A stretch of 32,202 bases of DNA from Lawsonibacter sp. (GTDB lineage: Bacteria > Bacillota > Clostridia > Oscillospirales > Oscillospiraceae): the NCBI GenBank assembly GCA_022798155.1, contig JAAWLY010000001.1, forward strand, positions 1 through 32,202. The letters run 5' to 3'. A program made the position numbers and the translations under genes. Positions 15,457 through 24,279 of this stretch are shown here, in pieces (within the stretch, counting starts at the first letter, position 1; the number at the start of each line of letters is the position of its first letter). The notes below the pieces were generated by a model that was not told the origin of the DNA, ran no database searches, and worked only from the letters and a program-made list of their open reading frames with translations.

Positions 15457-16547
15457 TTCCCGTTCAGCTCCCGGCAGGCCCGGTAGAGGGGCAGCCACTG
15501 GCTCCCCCGCTTCTTCATCACGTTCTCCAAATACTCCTTCCAGGAGATTTTATCCTTCTCCTCGTCCTTCACCACCGCACCCTGGAGACCGGCGGCCAGG
15601 TCCTCGGGCATGATCCCGCCGTCCCCGAAGGAGCCGGCCAGGGCCATGGAATTGCACAGCAGAGAGATGGCCTCGGCGGTGGACAACACCCCGGAGGTAG
15701 GTTTCAGCTTCTGCTTGCCGTCCAAAGTCGCACCGGCGCGCAACTCCCGGAAGATGGTGACCACCTTCTCCACCGTGTCCCCGTCGGGCTGGCGGGCGTT
15801 CAGGTCCAGGCCGGAGGACAGCTCCTCCACCCGAGTCTGGACAATCTCCATCTCGGTGGCGATGTCGGCGGGGGTGGGCAGAACCACGATGTTAAACCGC
15901 CGTTTCAGGGCGGCGGACATGTCATTGACCCCCTTGTCTCGGGTGTTGGCGGTGGCAATCACCGAAAATCCCTTTTGGGCGGGGACCTCCAGCCCCAGCT
16001 CAGGGACGGACAGCCGCTTCTCCGACAGGATGGAGATGAGGGCGTCCTGGACCTCGCTGGCGCAGCGGGAGATCTCCTCCACCCGGGCGATGGACCCGGT
16101 CTCCATCGCCCGGTAGACGGGGCTTTTCACCATGGCCTCGGGGCAGGGACCTTTGGCAATCAGCATGGCGTAGTTCCAGGAGTATTTGATCTGTTCCTCG
16201 GTGGTGCCGGCGGTGCCCTGGACCACCTTGGTGGAGTCGCCGGTGATGGCGGCGGCCAGGTGCTCGCTGAGCCAGCTCTTGGCCGTCCCCGGCTCGCCGA
16301 TGAGCAGGAGGGCCCGGTCGGTGAGCAGGGTGGCGATGGCGATCTCCACCAGCCGCCTGTCGCCGATGTACTTGGCGGTGATGGGGACCCCCTTGGCGGT
16401 ACACTCGCCGGTAATGTAGTGGAGCACCGCCCTGGGGGACATTTTCCACCCCGTGGGGACGGGGTCGTGGTCGGTGGCAATCAGGGCGTCGATCTCCCGC
16501 TGATAGAGCTCCTCCGCCGGGAGGCGCTGGACATTTTTATTTGTCAT
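15453..16547 (-). CDS. MoxR-family AAA+ ATPase, YehL-like
   Basis: Walker A GEPGTAKS, Walker B RVEEI, sensor I ATAN, arginine finger ALKRRF, YSWNYA and LSTAEAIS motifs. Confidence 0.92.
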   Translation of the reverse strand: MTNKNVQRLPAEELYQREIDALIATDHDPVPTGWKMSPRAVLHYITGECTAKGVPITAKYIGDRRLVEIAIATLLTDRALLLIGEPGTAKSWLSEHLAAAITGDSTKVVQGTAGTTEEQIKYSWNYAMLIAKGPCPEAMVKSPVYRAMETGSIARVEEISRCASEVQDALISILSEKRLSVPELGLEVPAQKGFSVIATANTRDKGVNDMSAALKRRFNIVVLPTPADIATEMEIVQTRVEELSSGLDLNARQPDGDTVEKVVTIFRELRAGATLDGKQKLKPTSGVLSTAEAISLLCNSMALAGSFGDGGIMPEDLAAGLQGAVVKDEEKDKISWKEYLENVMKKRGSQWLPLYRACRELNGK

Positions 16548-16565
16548 ATTCTGTTCCCTCCATTG

Positions 16566-18479
16566 TTATGGCCGCATGTTCCACCACTCGTCCCACTTCG
16601 GGAAGGTCTTTCCAGCCCAGAGCTGCTCAATGGTCCAGGGGAGGACCTTTTTTGCCAGGAACAGTTCGTTGCCGGTGGGGCGGAACCGCTGGGAATCCAG
16701 CGCCTCCTGGCACAGATCTGCAACTTCGCCGGTAGGCAATGATTTGCTGGCCTCGTTCAGCAGGACCCACACATAGTAAAGGCGGGCGTCCTTGGACTTC
16801 TGCATGGCCTTGCCCAGCACACCGCCCGGACTGCCGCCGAACCGCAGTAAATACTGTCCGTAGCTGTACCAGCTTCCGGTTTCTACCATCCGCTCCCGGA
16901 GATAAGGGACAAGCAGGGCGCACTGCTCCGGGTCAGCGGGATTGGCCAGTTCCGCCAGATTTTTGTCGAAGCCGTTTACCGGGTCCCCGCCGCTGAAGGG
17001 GTAGTATTTCCCCGAGTCCGGCTTGCAGGCCGCATGGACCAGCCGCTCAATCCACCTGGAATCCAAGGACTCTGCCGCGGGCTGGCCCGCGACGACGACA
17101 TGCCGCCCCTGGCTGTTATTCCAATATACATCATTCAGCGCCCGCAGCAGGACGTTATTCAGCGTCTCCTTGCGCTCCTTGTCCAGCAGGGGCTTCTTGG
17201 TCAGGATATAGGGGGAATACTTCTCATAGACCTCCGCTGCCGGCCAGGACAGCAGCGCCGCCAGGAAGCTGACGTGGAGATACCGAGTCATAGCGGGGTG
17301 GCGGTCAAACAGGTTTAAGCAGAAGTCCCGCAGGGGCCCCGGCCCAGTGTGGCGCATAATGTCCAGTAACTTATCGGTGAGCTTCACGCCAAAGAAAGAC
17401 GGGCGGTCCTTCTCGTCCATAATCCGATCAAGCTCCTCCATATGGCTGTCCGCCCAGCGCCAGAAGTCCAGCATGGCGGGAGAATCTTTGTGCCCCAAGG
17501 TCCAACACCAGGTTGTGATGTCCGCGCCCTCCTCGTAGGTGGGACGCTCCCCGCCGCCCAGGAATTTCTCCAGCCGCCGTTCCAGACCGGAGGTCACCAG
17601 CTTGATGGCCCAATCCGCGTTGGAGGGCTCCAGGAACTTCACCGACTGGCTGTTCTTGGCCAGCTCCTTCTCCCAGAAGGTCACGACCTCCGGCCCGTCC
17701 TGCTTGGCCAGCGCCTCCAGCGCCGCGTCCCGGCTGTCCCCCCGCTCGGACTTGGCCAGGTCCAGCAGCAGAGAGGCATCCCCGCTGTCCGCGCCCAGGG
17801 CCCGGATCACCGCCGCCCGCACGTCCCTTTTGGCCTGGGGCAGCATCTCCCGCAGCCAGGGGGTGGCCTCCGCTCCCTCCAGGGCGGAGATGAGCTCCAC
17901 CCGCCGGGCCATCGCCTTCTTTCCCGCAGGGTCGAAGTCCTCTTTCAGTAGAGGGAGGACGATGGGGCCGACCTCCTTCAAAATGCTAACGTTCAGTTCG
18001 GCCAGCTCGCCGTAGCTGTCCCCCAGACCGGCCACCACCGCAGGCAGGACCCGGTAGTCGGTGAAAAATTCGGGGTGGTTGTTCCAGGCGGACTGGATGA
18101 CCTCCATCCGCCCCCCGCCTGTGGAGGTCAGGGCGGTGAGGAGGGGCTGGAGCTGGCCGTAGGTAAGCTCCTGATATTGCCCGCTCCCGGCGGGCAGGGG
18201 GACCAGTTCCCCCTCTGCCCCGGTTTTGCCCTGGGTATAGGCCACCGCGTCTACCAGGGCCAACAGGTCCAGCAGCAGCCCCGCCCGCTCCTCCGCCGGA
18301 GCGGACAGCAGCTTGGTCAAACCGGCGTCAATCCTTCCCAGAACCGGACTGGCCGCCGCCAGAGGCTTCATGGCCTCCGCCGCCCGGGACAGCCGAAAGT
18401 CCTCTGCCAGCAGGCCTGTACCCGCAATGGCGGCCTGCTCCAGCCGCTCCTTTACGTCGTAAAGAGGTTGTAATTTCAT
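16566..18479 (-). CDS. HEAT-repeat-containing protein of unknown function
   Basis: Repeats such as DVRAAVIRALG and DSRDAALEAL; start ATG 18479 after SD GAGGAGG. Confidence 0.75.
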   Translation of the reverse strand: MKLQPLYDVKERLEQAAIAGTGLLAEDFRLSRAAEAMKPLAAASPVLGRIDAGLTKLLSAPAEERAGLLLDLLALVDAVAYTQGKTGAEGELVPLPAGSGQYQELTYGQLQPLLTALTSTGGGRMEVIQSAWNNHPEFFTDYRVLPAVVAGLGDSYGELAELNVSILKEVGPIVLPLLKEDFDPAGKKAMARRVELISALEGAEATPWLREMLPQAKRDVRAAVIRALGADSGDASLLLDLAKSERGDSRDAALEALAKQDGPEVVTFWEKELAKNSQSVKFLEPSNADWAIKLVTSGLERRLEKFLGGGERPTYEEGADITTWCWTLGHKDSPAMLDFWRWADSHMEELDRIMDEKDRPSFFGVKLTDKLLDIMRHTGPGPLRDFCLNLFDRHPAMTRYLHVSFLAALLSWPAAEVYEKYSPYILTKKPLLDKERKETLNNVLLRALNDVYWNNSQGRHVVVAGQPAAESLDSRWIERLVHAACKPDSGKYYPFSGGDPVNGFDKNLAELANPADPEQCALLVPYLRERMVETGSWYSYGQYLLRFGGSPGGVLGKAMQKSKDARLYYVWVLLNEASKSLPTGEVADLCQEALDSQRFRPTGNELFLAKKVLPWTIEQLWAGKTFPKWDEWWNMRP

Positions 18480-18492
18480 CGGCGCTGCCTCC

Positions 18493-19935
18493 TCAATATT
18501 GCAGCCGGATAATCCGATCCGGCGTGACCACGCTGTAGGGGTGCAGACAGATGGACCTGTCCTCCTCACAGTAGTACATCAGCCCAAACAGGGCGCTGCC
18601 CGTCGGGATCTCTCCCGGAAGCAGAGCAAGCCGCCCGGTGGAGGCGTGGTCCGCGCCGTCCTCCTCCCGGTCCCGCAGGACGATCCGGTCTCCGAAGGGG
18701 TCCTCCAGCACAAAGGCGTCCCCCACCTTCCCCAGCCGTCCGACGGGCACCAGTACCGCCAAAAACTTGGGCAGGAGGGTATTTTTCAGCTGGTTCTTGG
18801 CCGCTTTCACCGCCGCGGTCAGATTTGGCCGGGCCAATCCGGGCAGAGCGGCCCGTTCCTCCGCCGTCAGCGGACGGGAGGCGCCTCCCTCCCACCGAAT
18901 ACGGCAGTTGCCCTCCCCGGGATAGGTATATAAAACAGGGATCTCCACCAAGCCAAAGCGGCTGTCGTCCCCCTTCACGTATTTCAGCGCCCGGACCGGA
19001 CGCAGGTTCAAGGTCTGGTCGATGCGCCCGGTGTCCAGGTCCAGCCACCAGCCCCGCTCGACATATTCTTTCCGGGCCTCATCGCAGGACACGTCAAAGG
19101 ACAGCTGGACCAGCCGGGCATTTTCCCGGAAGGCCCGAATGGCGTGGAGCTCCTCCAGCTTCCACACCCCGCCCAGTGTCTCGAAGAGGATGGTATCCTC
19201 GGCGGAGAAGTTTTCCGCCTCCAGCTTGCCCTGCAAAAAGGCCCGGGACTTCTGAATGGCAGAGTGGAGGTAGATTAGGGTGCGCAGCGCCTGACGGCAG
19301 GCCTCGTCCGCCCGGTCGGGGGTCTTTTGCGCCGTACGCACCGCCAGGGCGATGCGGGTAAAGGCGGACTGCAGGCCGGTGAGGTAGCTGCTGCCCAAGT
19401 CCTTGGCCAGCTTGTCATAGGTCTGGGCGGAGCCGCCCGACAGCGCCCCCACCCCGCTGGCCAGCAGATCGTTCACCAGCTTTTCCGCCATATCCAGCCC
19501 CTCCAGCTGGCGGGCCAGCTTTTTCTTCCGGGCGGCGGCGTTTTCTTTCTTCGGCTTGGCTGGCCGGCCCTCTTCCGCCTCCCGCTTTGCCGCGCGGGCC
19601 GCCTGTTTGGCCCGTTTCTCCGCCAACTCCGGTGGAATCTCCGCCGCCGCAAAGTCTTTGCCCTCCAGCTGCTCAAACATCAGCCCCAGGGCGTGCTTGC
19701 AGGGAAACTGCCTGCTGGGACAAGTGCAGCGGCACACCGGGGCCCCGGGATCGGTCCAGTCCAGCGACACCCGGTAGGGGGTTTTTCCGCTTCCGGCACA
19801 CTCCGCCCAATAGAGGGTGCCGTCCGCCGTCCGGCTCAAAGCGGAAAAGCTCCCCTTTTTTGATAGCTTTCGCCCGTTCTCCGCCGCTGCCGGGTTGGGG
19901 GCCTGGAGCAAAATAAATTGTTCGGTCAGTTCCAT
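18493..19935 (-). CDS. SWIM zinc-finger protein, YehQ-like
   Basis: C.GSG..PY.V and CRCTCPSRQFPCKH (CxC...CxH); SD AAAGGAG. Confidence 0.9.
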   Translation of the reverse strand: MELTEQFILLQAPNPAAAENGRKLSKKGSFSALSRTADGTLYWAECAGSGKTPYRVSLDWTDPGAPVCRCTCPSRQFPCKHALGLMFEQLEGKDFAAAEIPPELAEKRAKQAARAAKREAEEGRPAKPKKENAAARKKKLARQLEGLDMAEKLVNDLLASGVGALSGGSAQTYDKLAKDLGSSYLTGLQSAFTRIALAVRTAQKTPDRADEACRQALRTLIYLHSAIQKSRAFLQGKLEAENFSAEDTILFETLGGVWKLEELHAIRAFRENARLVQLSFDVSCDEARKEYVERGWWLDLDTGRIDQTLNLRPVRALKYVKGDDSRFGLVEIPVLYTYPGEGNCRIRWEGGASRPLTAEERAALPGLARPNLTAAVKAAKNQLKNTLLPKFLAVLVPVGRLGKVGDAFVLEDPFGDRIVLRDREEDGADHASTGRLALLPGEIPTGSALFGLMYYCEEDRSICLHPYSVVTPDRIIRLQY

Positions 19936-19973
19936 CTGAGTGGTCTCCTTTCCGTTTCAAGTTAGTTGCCTCT

Positions 19974-20002
19974 ATGGTAGAACGGAACGGCGAAAAAATC
20001 AA
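19974..20002 (-). promoter_or_regulatory. Sigma-A-type promoter of the SWIM-to-vWA operon
   Basis: TTGATT-17 bp-TACCAT on the minus strand. Confidence 0.5.
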
Positions 20003-20024
20003 TATGGCTGAAAAATTTTTTCCA

Positions 20025-20174
20025 GGCGCCCTTTGAAAAATGGAAGAATGCACAACGGCAAAGAATTTCGCCGCCAGGCAAACACAATTTTTCGCGGGAA
20101 TACTGGATGTATTCCAAAGCATGGAGGGGCAAAGACCCGTCGCTTGGGCGTTCTGACATGTTTCAAGCAGGCCC
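20025..20174 (+). mobile_element. MITE-like element, copy 3 (degenerate, small internal deletion)
   Basis: GGCGCCCTTTGAAAAATG...ATTTCGCCGCCAGGCAAACACAATTTTT..GGAATACTGGATGTATTCC...CATGTTTCAAGCAGGCCC. Confidence 0.75.
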
Positions 20175-20177
20175 GAG

Positions 20178-20214
20178 AAAAAGCCCACCCGGAGCAGTGC
20201 CTCCGGATGGGCTG
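20178..20214 (-). terminator. Intrinsic terminator of the yfcC-M20 operon
   Basis: Minus strand AGCCCATCCGGAG...CTCCGGGTGGGC followed by TTTTT. Confidence 0.8.
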
Positions 20215-20219
20215 TAACC

Positions 20220-21395
20220 TTATTTTGCCGCGGCAAAGTCCGCTTTCATGGCCCGGAACCGCTCCGGGTCGCCAAAAATCTTTGCCACCTGCAGGGCAAT
20301 CACACTTGCCCCCTCCGACAGGGCCTGACGGGCCCGTTCGGTCTTCATAGCCGCGGCAAAGTCCCGGGTGTGGATAGCGATCTCCCGGTCTACCACTTGA
20401 AGGCAGGGATGGAAACCGGGGCAGGCAAAGCTGACATTGCCCATATCTGAGGAGCCGAAAATCCTCTCCTCATCCCCGTTGAGGGGGATGCCCAACTCGG
20501 CGTATACCTCCGCCAGGGCGGCGGTGCCGGTGGGATTGGGCTTGAGATTGTCGTAGATGGCGGAGGTGGGCTCCTTGTCCCAGGTGGTCTGGGTGGCGAT
20601 GGCCGCCCCCCGGGCGCAGTCGTCCACCTTGCGGATCAGCTCCTGGAGGTAGTACTTGTCCAGGGCCCGGATGTAAAACTCCGCCGTTACCTCCTCGGGG
20701 ACAATGTTGGGCGCCTCGCCGCCGTGGCGGATGATGCCGTGAAATTGGGCGTCGGGCTTGCTGTGCTGGCGCAGCATGTCCACGGCGTGGAACATCAGCT
20801 GGGCGGCGTTGAAGGCGTTGGCCCCCTCCCAGGGGGCGGCGGAGGCGTGGGCCGCTCTTCCGTGGAAGCGGTAGAGGTAGGAGGCCAGCCCCTGGAGCTT
20901 GGGTGAAATCAGGTTGGAATTGTACAGGTGAACCATGATGGCCATGTCGTAGCCGTCAAATACTCCCCGCTCCACCATGCCGCACTTGGCCCCGTCGGTC
21001 TCCTCGGCGGGGGTGCCCACCAGGTGAACATCCACATCCAGCTCGTCCTGGAGCCCCTCCAGGGCCAGGGCCGCCAGGATGCTGATGGAGCCGGACAGGC
21101 AGTGGCCACAGGCGTGGCCAATCTCCGGCAGGGCGTCGTACTCCGTCACAATGGCCACCTTGCGGCTGTGGCCGCCCCCGCCGAACACCCCCCGGAAGGC
21201 GGTGTCGCGGCCGGCGAAGGGGTACTCCACCTGGCAGCCGTGGCGGCGGAGCAGCTCCACAATGGTTTTGGAGGTCTCATACTCCTGGCCGGAAATCTCA
21301 GGGTGGTCAAAAATGCAGTCGCTGAGCGCGGCCAGCTCGGCGTGATACTCCTGAATTTTGGATAAAATCAGCTCTTTACACTGGGTATAGTCCAT
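20220..21395 (-). CDS. M20 family amidohydrolase (AbgB/PM20D2-like)
   Basis: HPE.S.QE, EYDALP.IGHACGH, GTPAEE, G.AAHA...PW.G.NA, GSSDMGNVS motifs. Confidence 0.93.
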   Translation of the reverse strand: MDYTQCKELILSKIQEYHAELAALSDCIFDHPEISGQEYETSKTIVELLRRHGCQVEYPFAGRDTAFRGVFGGGGHSRKVAIVTEYDALPEIGHACGHCLSGSISILAALALEGLQDELDVDVHLVGTPAEETDGAKCGMVERGVFDGYDMAIMVHLYNSNLISPKLQGLASYLYRFHGRAAHASAAPWEGANAFNAAQLMFHAVDMLRQHSKPDAQFHGIIRHGGEAPNIVPEEVTAEFYIRALDKYYLQELIRKVDDCARGAAIATQTTWDKEPTSAIYDNLKPNPTGTAALAEVYAELGIPLNGDEERIFGSSDMGNVSFACPGFHPCLQVVDREIAIHTRDFAAAMKTERARQALSEGASVIALQVAKIFGDPERFRAMKADFAAAK

Positions 21396-21411
21396 GGCCT
21401 TCTCCGCCCCC

Positions 21412-22806
21412 TTAGAAGGGACCCAGGTTCATGGCCTGGGCCGCCACCACAAAGACAACGCCCAACAGGTACTGAAGCCCAATCAGGGGCAGAATCCACT
21501 TGGCCCACTTGGACCAGGGAATTTTGGCCATGGCCAGGCCGGCCATAAAGTAGCCGGAGGTTGGGGTGAAGATGTTGGAGATGCCGTCGCCCAGCTGGAA
21601 GGCCACACAGGCGGTCTGCCGGGAGACGCCGACCAGGTCGCCCAGAGGCACCAGGATGGGCAGGGACACGGAGGCCTGGCCGGAGCCGGAGGGCACCAGG
21701 AAGTTCAGCAGGCACTGGAAGATATACATGCCCACGGCGGCCACCATGGCGGGCAGATTGCCCAGGACGCCGGCCACGGCGTGGAGAATGGTGTGGAGGA
21801 TCTGGCCGTCGGTCATTACCACCAGGATGCCCCGGGCAATGCCCACCACCAGAGCGCCGGTGGCCACGTCGGCCATGCCCTGGCCAAGGGTGACGGCGTA
21901 GTGGTTCAAGCCCTTGCCGGCGATGAGGCCCACAATGATGGACATGCCCAGGAACAGGGCGGCAATCTGGTCCATATACCAGCCGTACTGGATAACGCCG
22001 TAGATCAGCAGCACAAAGGAGACGGCGAACACCAGCAGAATGGCAATCTGCCGGCCCCCGAACTCGGGCAGCTTCTCCAGGTCTACCACGTCCTCCCGGG
22101 TCTTGTCAAACTCATACATCAGAGAGCCCTGGGGGTTGGCCTTCACCTTGGCGGCGTAGCGCATCACCACAACGCAGGTCAAAAGGACGATGCAGCCGTA
22201 CAGCACCAGCCGGAACTCCATTCCGGACAGGGCGGGCAGCTCGGCGATGCCCTGGGCTACCTGGATGGTAAAGGGATTGATAAAGGCTCCCGCAAAGCCC
22301 GCCGCCGCGCCGCACAGCACAATGGCCGCGCCGGTCATGGAGTCGTAACCCATGGCGATGCACACGGAGATGAAGATGGGGATAAAGGGGATGGTCTCCT
22401 CTGCCATGCCGAACACCGCGCCGCAGATGGAAAAGAGGATGATTACCAGGGGGATAATCAGAAAAGAGGCGTTTTTCATGGACTTGACCAGCCGGCCAAT
22501 GCCGGCGTCAATGGCCTTGGTGTCGGTGACCACTGCCATAGCGCCGCCCACAATAAAGATAAAGAAGATAATCTGGGCGGTCTCCTGCATCCCCCGGGGG
22601 ACGGCGGTGAGAAACTGCATCAGGGACACCGGAGTGGGGTCTACACGGTGATAGGTGTCCGCGTCCACCACGGTACGGTCGCCTATCTCCGTCATGTCGT
22701 AGACGCCGGCGGGGATGATGTAGGTCAGAACACTGCAAACTAGGATAATGGCCAGCAGCAGGATGTACACGTGGGGTACTGCCAATTTAAATTTTTTCTC
22801 TTTCAT
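21412..22806 (-). CDS. YfcC-family (DcuC/ArcD-like) transporter
   Basis: PHVY, IPAG.Y, GMAEE, INPFTI.VAQ.IAE, PSGSGQA, FQLGDG..N...PT; start ATG 22806 after AGGAGG. Confidence 0.9.
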   Translation of the reverse strand: MKEKKFKLAVPHVYILLLAIILVCSVLTYIIPAGVYDMTEIGDRTVVDADTYHRVDPTPVSLMQFLTAVPRGMQETAQIIFFIFIVGGAMAVVTDTKAIDAGIGRLVKSMKNASFLIIPLVIILFSICGAVFGMAEETIPFIPIFISVCIAMGYDSMTGAAIVLCGAAAGFAGAFINPFTIQVAQGIAELPALSGMEFRLVLYGCIVLLTCVVVMRYAAKVKANPQGSLMYEFDKTREDVVDLEKLPEFGGRQIAILLVFAVSFVLLIYGVIQYGWYMDQIAALFLGMSIIVGLIAGKGLNHYAVTLGQGMADVATGALVVGIARGILVVMTDGQILHTILHAVAGVLGNLPAMVAAVGMYIFQCLLNFLVPSGSGQASVSLPILVPLGDLVGVSRQTACVAFQLGDGISNIFTPTSGYFMAGLAMAKIPWSKWAKWILPLIGLQYLLGVVFVVAAQAMNLGPF

Positions 22807-22876
22807 ATTGTTTCCCTCCTGAAACGAGAACACACAATTTGTTCCGCCCGCCTGCCGCAGGATGGAACGTGCTCTC

Positions 22877-22905
22877 ATTATAGTACAGAGCGTCTCACTT
22901 GGCAA
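22877..22905 (-). promoter_or_regulatory. Sigma-A promoter for yfcC-M20
   Basis: TTGCCA-17 bp-TATAAT on the minus strand. Confidence 0.7.
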
Positions 22906-23129
22906 GGATAAAATGAAAATTTATACACTTTTATATACAGGCGTCTTATTCTGCCCTCTCCTTTGTTCATCTCTCTAAAAGGCAATATGTCCGGCTTTAT
23001 TTTCAGTATTTTTCGTTTTCACCCTAGATTTTTGTTGAATTGCCCGTTGAATATTTGCACGAATGCGAATATTTATAAGCATTTTCCAAAAAACTCCCGG
23101 CTGGGCCGGTACGGAGATGCCTAAACGCC

Positions 23130-23158
23130 TTGCCAACAGGGCAAAAATATACTATAGT
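23130..23158 (+). promoter_or_regulatory. Sigma-A promoter for the S58 peptidase gene
   Basis: TTGCCA-17 bp-TATAGT. Confidence 0.6.
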
Positions 23159-23210
23159 AATGGTAAACATTGCCGGCAGGCCGGCCAATCCAACACAAGG
23201 AGGAATTCTT

Positions 23211-24179
23211 ATGCGGGAAATCGACTTCATGGAGCTGGGCGGCTTTCAGGCCGGACACGCCCACAATCTGGAGGCCGGAACAGGCTGCACAGTATTTTTG
23301 TTTGATGGGTGCGCTCCCGCCGGGGTAGACATCCGCGGAGGCGGGCCCGCCTCTCGAGAGACCCCCCTCCTGGACCCCCTGATGCACGCTCAGGGACTCC
23401 ACGCCCTGCTGCTGTCCGGCGGCTCCGCCTTCGGCCTGGACGCGGCGGGAGGCGTGATGCGCTACCTGGAGCAGCGCGGGATCGGCGTTGCGGTAGGGGC
23501 CGCCCATGTGCCCCTGGTGTGTGAAAGCTGCATTTTCGACCTGAGCATTGGCCGGGGGGACGTGCGGCCCGACGGCGCCATGGCCTACGCCGCCTGCGAA
23601 AACGCCAGCCGCACCCCCCTCTCCAACGGCTGCGTGGGCGCCGGGGCCGGCGCCTCCGTGGGAAAGTACCGGGGGTGTGAATCCGCCATGAAGTCGGGCT
23701 TTGGCACCTGCGCCGTAGAGCTGGGTGGGCTGAAGGTGGGGGCCGCCGTGGTGGTCAACGCCCTGGGAGATATCTACGACCTGGACTCCGGCGCGCCCAT
23801 CGCCGGAATGCGTACCCCCCAGGGCGACAGGCTGTGTTCCACCGAGGAGGCCATGTGGGAGGATGGGGCTAGAGCCCTCCCCCCCGGCAACACTACCATC
23901 GGCGCGGTGTTCACCAACGGCGCCTTCTCCAAAGCGGAGCTGAACAAAATCGCCTCTATGGCCCACAACGGCTACGCCCGCACCATCCGCCCGGTCCACA
24001 CAACGGCGGACGGCGACGCCATCTACGCGCTGTCCGTGGGTCACGCCCCGGCGGAGCTGAACCTGGTGGGCACCCTGGCCGCCCATGTGATGGGCCGGGC
24101 AATAAACCGGGCGGTCACCAGCGCCCGCGCCATGTTCGGCCTGCCATGCGCCAGCGATCTTTTCCCCACGGATTCGTAG
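23211..24179 (+). CDS. Peptidase P1/S58 family (DmpA-like)
   Basis: TGCTV, RGGGPASRET, LSGGSAFGL, GAGAGA, VNALGD, GNTTIG, P.HT..DGD motifs; SD AAGGAGG. Confidence 0.93.
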   Translation: MREIDFMELGGFQAGHAHNLEAGTGCTVFLFDGCAPAGVDIRGGGPASRETPLLDPLMHAQGLHALLLSGGSAFGLDAAGGVMRYLEQRGIGVAVGAAHVPLVCESCIFDLSIGRGDVRPDGAMAYAACENASRTPLSNGCVGAGAGASVGKYRGCESAMKSGFGTCAVELGGLKVGAAVVVNALGDIYDLDSGAPIAGMRTPQGDRLCSTEEAMWEDGARALPPGNTTIGAVFTNGAFSKAELNKIASMAHNGYARTIRPVHTTADGDAIYALSVGHAPAELNLVGTLAAHVMGRAINRAVTSARAMFGLPCASDLFPTDS

Positions 24180-24188
24180 ATTCTCTCA

Positions 24189-24217
24189 TTGAAAACCGCC
24201 CCTTTTTATGGTACAAT
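24189..24217 (+). promoter_or_regulatory. Sigma-A promoter with extended -10
   Basis: TTGAAA-17 bp-TACAAT, preceded by TGn. Confidence 0.65.
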
Positions 24218-24279
24218 TCTGTTCAGACGTCCAGCAGCGGATGAGCTGCCCTACGGCACACAGCGAGGAGGAGAAGGCT

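Noticed and set aside
11930-19935. Operon carried on a prophage or integrative element
   Set aside because: No integrase, att repeats or overall GC shift; the flanks are spoIIR and a metabolic operon.
21394-22743. Long antisense ORFs (also 15441-16742, 29518-30876, 6951-7946, 23121-24086)
   Set aside because: Typical shadows of high-GC3 genes; no SD and no recognisable motifs.
22995-23015. CodY-box-like TATTTTCAGTATTTT
   Set aside because: Four mismatches to AATTTTCWGAAAATT in AT-rich DNA; too weak to call.
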